Assembly (NCBI RefSeq): GCF_000315625.1
Contig: NW_005434626.1
Location: 135,448 to 199,447, forward strand
DNA: 64,000 bases
Direction: 5' to 3'
Source of the DNA: Guillardia theta CCMP2712
Taxonomy: Eukaryota > Protista > Cryptophyta
The notes below the pieces were generated by a model. It was not told where the DNA came from. It made no database searches and saw only the letters and a program-made list of their open reading frames with translations. The position numbers and the translations under genes were made by a program. Numbering within the stretch: the first letter of the stretch is position 1; each line of letters starts with the position of its first letter. This document shows, piece after piece, positions 1-11,441 of the stretch.

Positions 1-3000
1 AGTCGAGACGTCCGCTGCCGGCACAAAGCGGGCGGCCGCGGACGGAGAAAGGGCAGCCGCCGACAAGGAGCCGGCGTTGCCCGGGGGTCCGCCTGGGGCA
101 GCGGACGGAGGGAGGCTGGACACATGAACACCTCGCATAGGATTTACTGGCAGAAGGTAAAAAGTGCCTCAAGCAAAACAAAGCAGGAACAAGCTGAACC
201 GGCAGGCACACAGTCCACAGCGAGAAGCTGCACAAACACACACAAAACACAAGCCCGAAAAGAACCAGCACTGCTGGCACCCAGACGCGGCATCGCCAGC
301 CCAAGCGCGAAGCCGCGCAGACAAGCAGCCTAAGGGTCAGGCAATCAAGAAACAAGCAGCAGGAGCATGCAGGAGGAATAAAATCCCTTAGACGCGATAC
401 CCGGAGGAACACGGTACCGCTCGAGGTAGTCCTCCTCGCTAGCCTCCGAGTCAGCGGTAGCCGAGTCAGCGGTAGCCGCCCGTGACGGCGGCGACGCCGC
501 GGCAATGCCCAAGGACCGGCGTGACCCGACCGATGCCGGGGAGGAAGCAGGCGAGCTCGGACCAGCAGCAAGCACCCCAGTGGTGTCGAGCTCTCCGGAG
601 GCACCCGACGTCACAGTGAGGGACGGAGACGCCTCCGAGTCGCCAGCTCTGCGCCCATCGTCGGGGCCACTCGACGTGTTTCCCCCATCGGAGTCGGAGA
701 CCTCCGGCGAAGACTCCTCGGGCGACTCGACAAAGTCCGAGGAGGAGCTGTCCTCTGGCTCGAGGAGTGCTTGCGCCCGCAAGGGCGTCATGCGCCTCGC
801 ACCAGACAAGAGCGCTTCCAGCGTCAGCTGCATGGTGAGGCGCTGATAGGTGGCGGCGCGTTTGCGAGCCAAGACCTCAGCAGCAGGTCCGTCATCAGGC
901 ACGAAGTGCCGACCAAACGCCGCATCCTCAAGAGGCATCGAGCGCTGAGCAATGATGTCCGCAAGATACCAGATGAAGCGGAGGGTGAGCAGTGCTGGTT
1001 NNNNNNNNNNNNNNNNNNNNNNNNNNNNNNNNNNNNNNNNNNNNNNNNNNNNNNNNNNNNNNNNNNNNNNNNNNNNNNNNNNNNNNNNNNNNNNNNNNNN
1101 NNNNNNNNNNNNNNNNNNNNNNNNNNNNNNNNNNNNNNNNNNNNNNNNNNNNNNNNNNNNNNNNNNNNNNNNCGTCATCGATACAGTGGGGGATCCTCGT
1201 TCTCGACGGCAGGTACCCTCCCCATCCTCATGGCCGCAAGATGAAGGGCGATATCCACATTCCTGGAATCCGCGATCGAGGGTCCGAGCAGTACGAGGAA
1301 CAAGCTAATCCTCCAGGCACACAGTCCACAGCGAGAAGCTGGGAGGGGAGGGAATGTATAGGATTGACTGGCAGAAGGTAAAAAGTGCCTCAAGCAAAAC
1401 AAAGCAGGAACAAGCTAAACCTCCAGGCACACAGTCCACAGCGAGAAGCTGCACAAACACACACAAAACACAAGCCCGAAAAGAACCAGCACTGCTGGCA
1501 CCCAGACGCGGCAGCGCCAGCCCAAGCGCGAAGCCGCGCAGACTCAAGCAGCCTAAGGGTCAAGCAATCAAGCACCAAGCAGCAGGAGCATGCAGGAGGA
1601 ATAAAATCCCTTACACGCGATACCCGGAGGCAGCCGACTGACCACTGTCAGTCGAGACGTCCGCTGCCGCCACAAAGCGGGCGGCCGCGGACGGAGAAAG
1701 GGCAGCAAGGAGCCGGCGCTGCCCGGGGGTCCGCCTGGGGCAGCGGACGGAGGGAGGCTGGACACAGGAACACGGTACCGCTCGAGGTAGTCCTCCTCGC
1801 TAGCCTCCGAGTCAGCGGTAGCCGAGTCAGCGGTAGCCGCCCGTGACGGCGGCGACGCCGCGGCAATGCCCAAGGACCGGCGTGACCCGACCGATGCCGG
1901 GGAGGAAGCAGGCGAGCTCGGACCAGCAGCAAGCACCCCAGTGGTGTCGAGCTCTCCGGAGGCACCCGACGTCACAGTGAGGGACGGAGACGCCTCGCCA
2001 GCTCCGCGCCGATCGTCGGGGCCACTCGAAAGGGTGTCCCCCATCGGAGTCGAGACCTCCGGCGAAGACTCCTCGGGCGACTCGACAAAGTCCGAGGAGG
2101 AGCTGTCCTGTGGCTCGAGAAGTGCTTGCGCCCGCAACGGCGTCATGCGCCTCGCACCAGACAAGAGCGCCTCCAGCGTCAGCTGCATGGTGAGGCGCTG
2201 ATAGGTGGCGGCGCGTTTGCGAGCCAAGACCTCAGCAGCAGGTCCGTCATCAGGCACGAAGTGCCGACCAAACGCCGCATCCTCAAGAGGCATTGAGCGC
2301 TGAGCAATGACAGGATGCAGGGTACCGTCCGTCGAGATGGCAAGAGGGATGAACGCTCGAGGAGGAGTAGTCATGGCATATGCAGCGCGATGTTTGCGAA
2401 TCTTCTCAGACGCTGCAACATGGAGGGCGTCGAGGTTGACCTCCCCCCACTTGGTCAGGTCGGCAGAGCTACCAATGTAAGGGTGGACCAACGTCACGTC
2501 CGCCATCAAGCCCTCGTAGTTTTAGGTTGTTCCTGCTTTGTTTTGCTTGAGGCACTGTTTACCTTCTGCAACTTTTTACCTTCTGCCAGTAAATCCTATG
2601 CTTGCCAGTAAATCCTATGTACCTCGTACTGCTCGGACCCTCGATCGCGGATTCCAGGAATGTGGATATCGCCCTTCATCTTCTGCCAGTAAATCCTATG
2701 TCTTGCGGCCATGAGGATGGGAGGGTACCTGCCGTCGAGAACGAGGATCCCCCACTGTATCGATGACGCTCTGAAGACCAGCTTCGTTCAGCATCGACCG
2801 AATCGTACGAGTAAGGTTGTCATGCGCCGTGGGAAGCTTGGATGATCGGCGTTTGCAGGTCTGGAGATGATGTGCAGCAACGGAGGGATCGAGGAGGGTA
2901 TAGGATTTACTGGCAGAAGGTAAAAAGTGCCTCAAGCAAAACAAAGCAGGAACAAGCTAAACCTCCAGGCACACAGTCCACAGCGAGAAGCTGCACAAAC

Positions 3001-5890
3001 ACACACAAAACACAAGCCCCAGTAATGATCCGTCTCACCTGCCGTCGAGAACGATGATCCCCCACTGTATCGATGACGCTCTGAAGACCAGCTTCGTTGA
3101 GCATTGACCGAATCCTCCTCACCGAACTGAGTGCGAGTAAGGTTGTCTTGCGCCGTGGGAAGCTTGGAGGATCGGCGTTTGCAGGTCTGGAGATGATGTG
3201 CAGCAACGGAAGGATCGAGCTCGCGCTGACATCCATCACATTCCGTCGGACACTGGCAGATCGGCATGCCATGGAGATAGCAGTCGAGCATCTGAGCATA
3301 GCGGTGCGGGAAGGCCCTGAGGGGATAGCAATGGATTTACTGGCAGAAGGTAAAAAGATACCCATAGGATTTACTGGCAGAAGGTAAAAAGTGCCTCAAG
3401 CAAAACAAAGCAGGAACAAGCTGAACCGGCAGGCACACAGTCCACAGCGAGAAGCTGCATGTGCCTCGTAGCTCGAGACTCGCATCGGAGAGTGGCCGCC
3501 GCTCAGAAGGAAGGCATAGGATTTACTGGCAGAAGGTAAAAAGTGCCTCAAGCAAAACAAAGCAGGAACAAGCTAAACCTCCAGGCACACAGTCCACATA
3601 CTTTCTGCCAGTAAATCCTAAACTACAGCGAGAAGCTGCACAAACACACACAAAACACAAGCCCGAAAAGAACCAGCACTGCTGGCACCCAGACGCGGCA
3701 GCGCCAGCCCAAGCGCGAAGCCGCGCAGACAAGCAGCCTAAGGGTCAAGCAATCAAGCACCAAGCAGCAGGAGCATGCAGGAGGAATAAAATCCCTCACA
3801 CGCGATACCCGGAGGCAGCCGACTGACCACTGTCAGTCGAGACGTCCGCTGCCGGCACAAAGCGGGCGGCCGCGGACGGAGAAAGGGCAGCCGCCGACAA
3901 GGAGCCGGCGCTGCCCGGGGGTCCGCCTGGGGCAGCGGACGGAGGGAGGCTGGACACAGGAACACGGTACCGCTCGAGGTAGTCCTCCTCGCTAGCCTCC
4001 GAGTCAGCGGTAGCCGAGTCAGCGGTAGCCGCCCGTGACGGCGGCGACGCCGCGGCAATGCCCAAGGACCGGCGTGACCCGACCGATGCCGGGGAGGAAG
4101 CAGGCGAGCTCGGACCAGCAGCAAGCACCCCACGGTGGTGTCGAGCTCTCCGGAGGCACCCGACGTCACAGTGAGGGACGGAGACGCCTCGCCAGCTCCG
4201 CGCCGATCGTCGGGGCCACTCGAAGGGTGTCCCCCATCGGAGTCGGAGACCTCCGGCGAAGACTCCTCGGGCGACTCGACAAAGTCCGAGGAGGAGCTGT
4301 CCTGTGGCTCGAGAAGTGCTTGCGCCCGCAAGGGCGTCATGCGCCTCGCACCAGACAAGAGCGCTTCCAGCGTCAGCTGCATGGTGAGGCGCTGATAGGT
4401 GGCGGCGCGTTTGCGAGCCAAGACCTCAGCAGCACAAACGCCGCATCCTCAAGAGGCATCGAGCGCTGAGCAATGATGTCCGCGAGATACCAGATGAAGC
4501 GGAGGGTGTCCGGGATGCAGGGTACCGTCCGTCGAGATGGCAAGAGGGATGAACGCTCGAGGAGGAGTAGTCATGGCATATGCAGCGCGATGTTTGCGAA
4601 TCTTCTCAGACGCTGCAACATGGAGGGCGTCGAGGTTGACCTCCCCCCACTTGGTCAGGTCGGCAGAGCTACCAATGTAAGGGATGTAAGGGTGGACCAA
4701 CGTCACGTCCGCCATCAAGCCCTGCTTTGTTTTGCTTGAGGCACTTTTTACCTTCTGCCAGTACTCCCATCCTCATGGCCGCAAAAAGAAGGGGGATATT
4801 CACATCCCTGGGATCCGAGATCAAGTACTAACAGACAGCCGTCTCGATCGAGTCCGAACTGAATCGCTCGAGGGTGAGACGAGAGGAAGTGCTGGTCAAG
4901 AGATGAGCGAATCGCTGCCAACGCAAGCTTCGTCGCGAGTCGAAGGTTTGCGAACCCGATACTCCTCGACGAATGGCCGCCGCAGGGCAGGAATAAGAAG
5001 ATCTGGCATCCGGCCAAGAAGGACCCCTTGGAGGATATGCAGAGCTTCAAAGCTGCAGGATGCTGCCGCAGCAGCTGCTGCTCAGTGCTGAGGTGGCTGC
5101 CGCCGCCGTTGCTGCTTCTGCCGTTGTCGCCGCCTGCTGGGGTGGTTGCAGCTGCTCCGACTCAGGGCCTGCGCCGCGGCTGCTGCTGTGGGAGAGACGA
5201 CGGCTGTAGGTTCCGTCGGACAATGGATTTGCTGGCAGAGGGTTCCGAGAGGCAGTACGGATTTACTGGCAGAAGGTAAAAAGTGCCTCAAGCAAAACAA
5301 AGCAGGAACAAGCTAAACCTCCAGGCACACAGTCCACAGCGAGAAGCTGCTCAAACACACACAAAACACAAGCCCGAAAAGAACCAGCACTGCTGGCACC
5401 CAGACGCGGCACCGCCAGCCCAAGCGCGAAGCCGCGCAGACAAGCAGCCGAAGGGTCAGGCAATCAAGCAACAACCGAGGTGACCGCCGAAGTTCAGGCT
5501 GCTGCTGCTGTTGCGGCTGTTGCGGCGGCTGCCGGGGCGGCCAGTGTCCTTGGGGCGGTGGAGGCTGCCGCGCCCCCTCAGGTTGCCTCAGGCTTCTTCC
5601 CATGAGTTTCTGCAGCACTGGGCAGATAGGAAAAGTGCCTCAAGCAAAACAAAGCAGGAACAAGCTGAACCGGCAGGCACACAGTCCACAGCGAGAAGCT
5701 GCACAATCACACACAAAACACAAGCCCGAAAAGAACCAGCACTGCTGGCAACCAGACGCGGCCGGGCATCGCCAGCCCAAGCGCGAAGCCGCGCAGACAA
5801 GCAGCCGAAGGGACCTGGCAAGCAATCAAGCAACAAGCAGCAGGAGCAGTAGGAGCATGCAGGAGGAATAAAATCCCTTAGACGCGAATA
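1..5890 (-). mobile_element. Nested array of truncated RLE-clade (CRE/NeSL-like) non-LTR retrotransposon fragments
   Basis: Near-identical kb-scale blocks recur (137-990, 1358-2510, 3515-4720). Minus-strand fragments join into C-x2-C-x9-H-x3-C (CDGCQRELDPSVAAHHLQTC), AHDNL, KGDIHIP, ADVTLVHP, EKIRKH and FIPLAISTDG. This is the zinc knuckle / RHD / PD..D..K order of restriction-like endonucleases. The terminal motif (ca)taggatttactggcagaaggtaaaaag recurs many times. No intact RT is visible. Confidence 0.8.
1001..1172. other. Assembly gap (N run)
   Basis: Run of N inside the repeat array. Confidence 0.99.
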
Positions 5891-6500
5891 AGCCTTGAAG
5901 ACAAGTCAGCCAAAGGACCCGGGCTGCCTCGGCCCGGCGCCAGGCCGGGCTCAGAGCTCAAGCCTTGAAGGCTTCACTGAACTCGGCCGGCCCGGCGGCG
6001 CCAGTCGGAGGTCCTAGGGTGGTGCTAGCGGCGGTATTATGTGTTGCTATGAGCACGCTGCGAGTCAGTGGTCCTATGACCAATATAGGGCCCTCGGTAC
6101 TGACATAGTGCTATGACCCGGTCATAACCCCCACCGTTCAAAAGTACATCGTAAACTTCGTATTTTCAAAGGATTCAAATTTTGTCAATATGATTTGAAT
6201 ATAGATATGAAAAAACGGTGGTAACATTTCAAGTCTAATAAGATACATCACAAACCAGGGGACAGGAAATCGGTAGGGAAGTTTCAAGGGGTGGGGGCAG
6301 GGACTCGAACGGAATGTTGAGGGTGGGTGGGTGGAGAGTACCCAGGTTTTAATGTTTGCAGTACCGGACAAAACGAAGACAGAGGGGTGGGGGTCATGAA
6401 AAATGGGGGTAAGCAAAAGGCCGAGGGTACTTAAGTTGTGGGGTTGAAGGGTGGTCGCGGGGCCCGACTTGAAATGCACGGGCGGGGATGAAGTAAAGAA
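5885..6500. promoter_or_regulatory. Intergenic module: CCGG/GAGTCA-rich block, then AT-rich TTCAAA block, then GGGT-rich block, upstream of the phosphatase gene
   Basis: Similar motif blocks recur at 16140-16450, 18980-20100, 28700-29200, 46560-48080 and 53930-54345. A regulatory role is inferred from position. Confidence 0.35.
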
Positions 6501-6533
6501 GAAGAAGGAGGGGTGAAGAGGAAGAGGAGGAGC

Positions 6534-9515
6534 ATGACCAGTCGATCTCTCCCTTCTGCTCTCACTTCCAAGGTTGACTCCAGATCTGAAAGTCCCTCAC
6601 AATCGCGCCATAGCCTTGAAAGCCATGCAAGCAGTAGGGCAACACGATGGCGGTCATCAATCGACTCTTACAACCTGGAAGACTGTCCTTCGTTTATACA
6701 AGCTCTTCGCAGCGTTCCAGCAAGAGACATCTGTGCAGCAACTCAAATCCCGCGCATTATAAGCAACATGTCCATCATCGACGTTCTGAGAGAGTTCGAA
6801 AGAGGAGAAACGGTGATAGCGCGAAAGATCCCTTCGTCGCATGACACAGAGGTACACGCTGAGGATGTCTTGTGGTCACGGCAAAATTTCATGGAGGTTT
6901 GCTTTACAAGCCAGAGATCGTTCTTGGACACAGTGGCAACCATCTTTTCGGCCGTACAGCCACTTCCGACTGTCAGCGACTCTGACACGCTGGATAATGT
7001 TTTCTTCACGATGCTCCAGTACGGAGTGAGTGAGGTTGGGGTGGTCAGCTCGAATGGTAATATTGTAGGATTGATACATTTTCGAGAGTTTTTTCAGTAT
7101 ATTCTTGCACAGGTTGAAGAAGATTTGCCGAACTTGGAAAAGAAGGCACAAGATAAGTTTTCGGAAGTAGAAGAGCAGGACTCTTTGAAGGCAGTGAAGA
7201 CACTTCGAGGAGGAGCCGGAATCTTAAGTGGCCTCGAAGCAATCAAGAGCAAGTATCAAACGAAAGAGTTTGGACGAGTTCAGCATGCTGCCCAGCAGTG
7301 GGTGGAAGCCGCGTGGACAGAGCTTTTGATTCTGACGCTTGTCTGTCTGGATTTCTCTTGTACAGTCGTCGAGTTGTCAACGAATGAAAACGAGGGCTCA
7401 TACAATTCTCCTCTGAATGTCGTCACCGGTTGTATTCTCCTTGTTTACACGTTTGAAGCAAGCGTGAGAGTCTACGGATATCGACTTTCATTGCTTTGGC
7501 GCATTTTAGATCTTTTCGATCTTATTATCATTGTGGCTTCAGTAACGGTGTTTATTCTCGTGATTTCATCAACATTTGGGCGGCGAGCAACTACTTTCAC
7601 CTTTGCAAGAATTTTAAGATGCTTGCGCTTGGTCAAAATATTCAGAAGGCTGAGGAAAACGATCCTTTCATCAAAGACTCGCTATCAAAAGGATGGATTC
7701 AATCTCGACTTGGCGTACATAACACCCACATGCATCGCGATGTCACTTCCTGCAGTTGGAACTGAAGCAATCTTTGCAAATTCTCTTGAGGAGGTTCAAA
7801 GGTTCTTCTACTTGAAGCACCCTGCCAATCATCTCATCTTCAATGTCTGCTCTGAAAGATCTTATGATGCCAGGTTGTTTGGAAACAGAGTGGAAAGGAT
7901 TCCGACAGTGAATCATAATCCTCCCCTCCTCTCGCAGATTGTTTCCTTCCTGGAGCACACGGCATCGTATCTCGAAGATGACTCAAATCACGTGGTTGCG
8001 GTCCACTGCAGGAACGGAAAGGGGAGGACAGCTGTGATGGTTTGTGCCTGGCTGGTTTACTGCAAATTCTCTCCGAATGTCAACGATGCCATGGAGTGGT
8101 TCGCATGGAAACGACTTAGGAAATCCAGCCTTCTTCATGGAGATGAGCAGATCTTAACCCCAAGTCAGCTCCGTTACCTCAACTATGTGCAAGTCATGTG
8201 TGAGAACGGCCAGTTCGAAACCCGAGGTCTTACAATAGAGTCAATCTCCATCTCCTCATGCCCTCGAGTGGATCTTAGCGGAAATTGCAACATCTGGTTC
8301 AGCATCGAAGAATGTCAAAACGAAGTTTTCAACTCAAGCAAAGTGATGGGAGTGAAGAGCATGTCGCAGAAAGACTCAAACACTGTGTTCGAGGGCATCA
8401 AGACGACTGTCGCAGAGGATGTTCGAATCACCTTCTACGACAGAGATCAGGCATCCCAGACTGACCGGATCATCTTCTACACCTGCTTTCATACAGCCTT
8501 CGCTCCTGGCTCGAAGTTGGAGATTTCTAAAGACTTTCTCGACATGGCATGTGTAGACAAAGGCAATGCCATCTTTGACTCGGACTTCAAGATCTCCATC
8601 TTGTTCAAGCACAACGACAGAGAGCTTCCTGTGCCAGTTAGAAAACTTCGAAAGATCAGCCAGCAACTGCAGGCAGTCGCGTTAAAACAACGTGGCAGGA
8701 CAGCAGCTTCGTCTGCGGTTGGTGTCTTGAACGCGATTACTGTAGAAGGAGGAACAGACGGAGAGTACAACCTGGGAGATGCGAAGCTCAAGGTGGACGA
8801 ATTCTCTCTCGCACCTTTTGACGACTCCTTGTGTGTCGCCTCCGATCCTAAGGTCAGCCACGAGACCGTCAGGCTCTTCGCATTCGCAGGCAGCACCGTG
8901 CCGAGCCACGCTCAGTCGAAGAGGCTTGTGAGCCACTACCGAGGGAGCGAGAAGGAAGGTATCGAGATCTCTCACCTCCTCACTGGCGCTGGGCTGGCCA
9001 ACCGCCTACGACGGACAGCGAGGCATGCTGTGTCAGGGAACAAGCGGCGGTTTGTAGAGGACGATTTCGACCTCGACCTGACCTACATCACACCGCGTCT
9101 CATCGCCATGGGCTTCCCGTCTAAGGGAGTGGAGGGCGCGTACCGCAATTCGTCGGACGAGGTCTACCGTTTCTTCCAGCAGCGTCACTCCGCTCACTTT
9201 CGCATCATCAACTTATGCTCCGAACGCGCTTACCGCCTCGACTTGTTCCATGGCAGCGTCGCACGATATCCATTCCCAGACCACAACCCCCCGCCAATGG
9301 AGCTGATCCTCCCTTGCTGCATGCACATCCATCGCTTTCTCCAAGACGACCAAGACAACGTGGTGGCGGTTCACTGCAAGGCTGGGAAGGGACGGACCGG
9401 CCTCATAATTGTCGCTTACCTGATGTTCGGAGGGCTGGCAAGAGTGAGTCCTTGTTGCCGTGCGGGGGCATGAGATGAGATGAGAGAGGGATACTGCCTG
9501 TCTATGTTGTTATGG

Positions 9516-9546
<31 letters not shown>

Positions 9547-11241
9547 CAGTGCTCCTGCTCCTGCTCCTGCTGCTGTTGCTCCTCCTCCTATTGTTGCAGC
9601 GCTGGTAGTGGAGGGTTGATTCTGACATGAGGCTGTAGAGCGCAAGGATGGCGCGGATCTACTACGACACGACTCGGACTCATGACGGGAAAGGGCTTAC
9701 CATCATCTCACAGGTGAAGTCAAGGCGAACAACCTGAGCTGAGGCGATGATGACAATTCGCGTTTCAGATCCGCTACGTCCACTACTTCGAGGAGCAGCT
9801 GAGGCGAATCAAAGCAGGAGAGGTTCACAGCTACACGGAGACGAAGAGCCCAGCAGTGATGCTGAAGATGCTTCGCTTCAATTCAATCCCTCACTTTTCT
9901 CGCGATGGAGGGTGAGGAAACTGCTAGGCCTGCAGTCGTTTGACATGCAGCAGGTGTGCTCCTTCCTTCAACGTATTCGTTGTGAATGAGCGAGACCACG
10001 AGGTCTACAAGATTTTTTCGACCAAAGAGAAGGGAAAGGTCGAGCATCTGAAGCCTTCTGTGAAGGTCTGATCACCGATACAATTCTCACTCCTCCTTTC
10101 TCCTCTCACCACCGCCTTGCAGCGATGGGAGTATAGTTTCCCCGAGGGAGGACTGCGAGTAGCCGGCGATCTTGAGTTCGAGTTTTGGGATCAAGACACC
10201 TTCTCGAATCGGCGGTCTGCCTGTCGTCATTCTCCTCCTGCTGACACTCATGGCCAGTATGATGCATTTCTGGATCCACACTCACTTCATGAGCCGCCCT
10301 GCCTCTGAAATGTCCGGCAAGGCTCGACAACTCAGCCCCGACGAGTGCGCGAGCCTTAAACTTGAAGTCCAAGTCTCTTTTACCTCCCATGCTCGCTCGT
10401 CTCACTGTATGCAGGAAAATGTCAAGTGCTGGTGCTTGAGCCTGTCAAAACACGAGATTGACCAAGCGGCTCGTGACAAGAAACATGTTCACTTCGATGA
10501 AGACTTTAAGGTATTCTGCTGATGGTGGTGGTGGTTCTGCTCCACCACCACCACCACCACCACCTCCTCCTCCTCCTCCTCCTCCTCCGTGCTCTGCTCG
10601 CATTTAGCTGCTAGTATACTCTTCCTTGTCCTCCTTGTTCTCCTCGCTGTGACTCTCTGTGCTCTGCGTCAGATTTGACGAGGGAATAATGCAGGTCGAT
10701 GTGATTTTCATGGAGCTTGCTGGTGAGAAAGGAACGGGTCAGCTGCTCAAAGACGCCGAGCAGACAGCCATGAGCAAGGGAATGAAGATGAGGATGCATG
10801 GGAATCTTTATCTTGAGCGAGAGCTCTACAAGAAGCATTGCTTGGAGAAATGTGTAATTGGTGAGACATCTCCCTTGATCTTAACTCTTTGCCTGTATCT
10901 TGTTGCTGTCCTCACCGTGACTGTTTCTCTGTCCGTGACTGTATCTGATCGCTTCGCAGGTGAAACTCCGACTCTCTTCGAGACCTGGTTGCTTCAAAGC
11001 CAACAAGACACTGAAATCTTCGGCTCTCAACAGATTGCAACCGAATTGCGCGACGATCTTGAACCAGGCGTAGGTGAGCGATGAGCTTCGTCTGCCCTCT
11101 CGTCTCTCATCATTTTTATCAGATTCGTCCATTAACGGCAGGTTTGACACCGACAGCGAGGTCGATCATGAGCCTCTGAACCAGCGCGACATGTCCCTCG
11201 CGAGTCTGGCCACGAGAGAAGACGAGGAGGGTGAGAGTTGA
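6534..11241 (+). CDS. CBS-pair + voltage-sensor domain + two tandem PTEN-like phosphatase/C2 modules (VSP/TPTE-like), multi-exon
   Basis: The 986-aa first exon has a CBS signature (LPTVSDSDTLDNVFFTMLQYGVSEVGVVSSNGNIVGLIH) and four TM helices with S4 FARILRCLRLVKIFRRLRK. It continues RYQKDGFNLDLAYIT, HCRNGKGRT, a C2 domain, NKRRFVEDDFDLDLTYIT, PDHNPP and HCKAGKGRTG. Later exons give GLTIISQ/IRYVHYF and a second C2. Stop TGA at 11239-11241. Confidence 0.9.
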
Positions 11242-11441
11242 GCTTGTTCCTGTTCTCTCTCATCCTCTCTTTGCAGAACAATGTTGCGCACCCAACACTC
11301 CTCACGCTGTTTGTGTCTGATCGCTCAGTCTAGCCTCTCTATGCTAGCCTCTCTTAAATGAGAGCACGTGAAACTTTAAGAACTTTCACGTCAGAATGCT
11401 GCTGCTTTTGTCGTTCCTTCCTTCTCCTACCTTCTCCCGTC

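Noticed and set aside
137-400. Repeat terminus as a spliced-leader RNA, snRNA or telomeric target site
   Set aside because: I recognise no SL, U2 or U5 consensus and no tandem telomeric repeat. An Rfam search would be needed to exclude this fully.
124-5871. Plus-strand ORFs (YWQKVKSASSKTKQEQ..., MPQAKQSRNK...) as a repeated peptide gene family
   Set aside because: They are antisense readings of the retroelement's presumed 3' UTR, and starts and ends vary with the truncation points.
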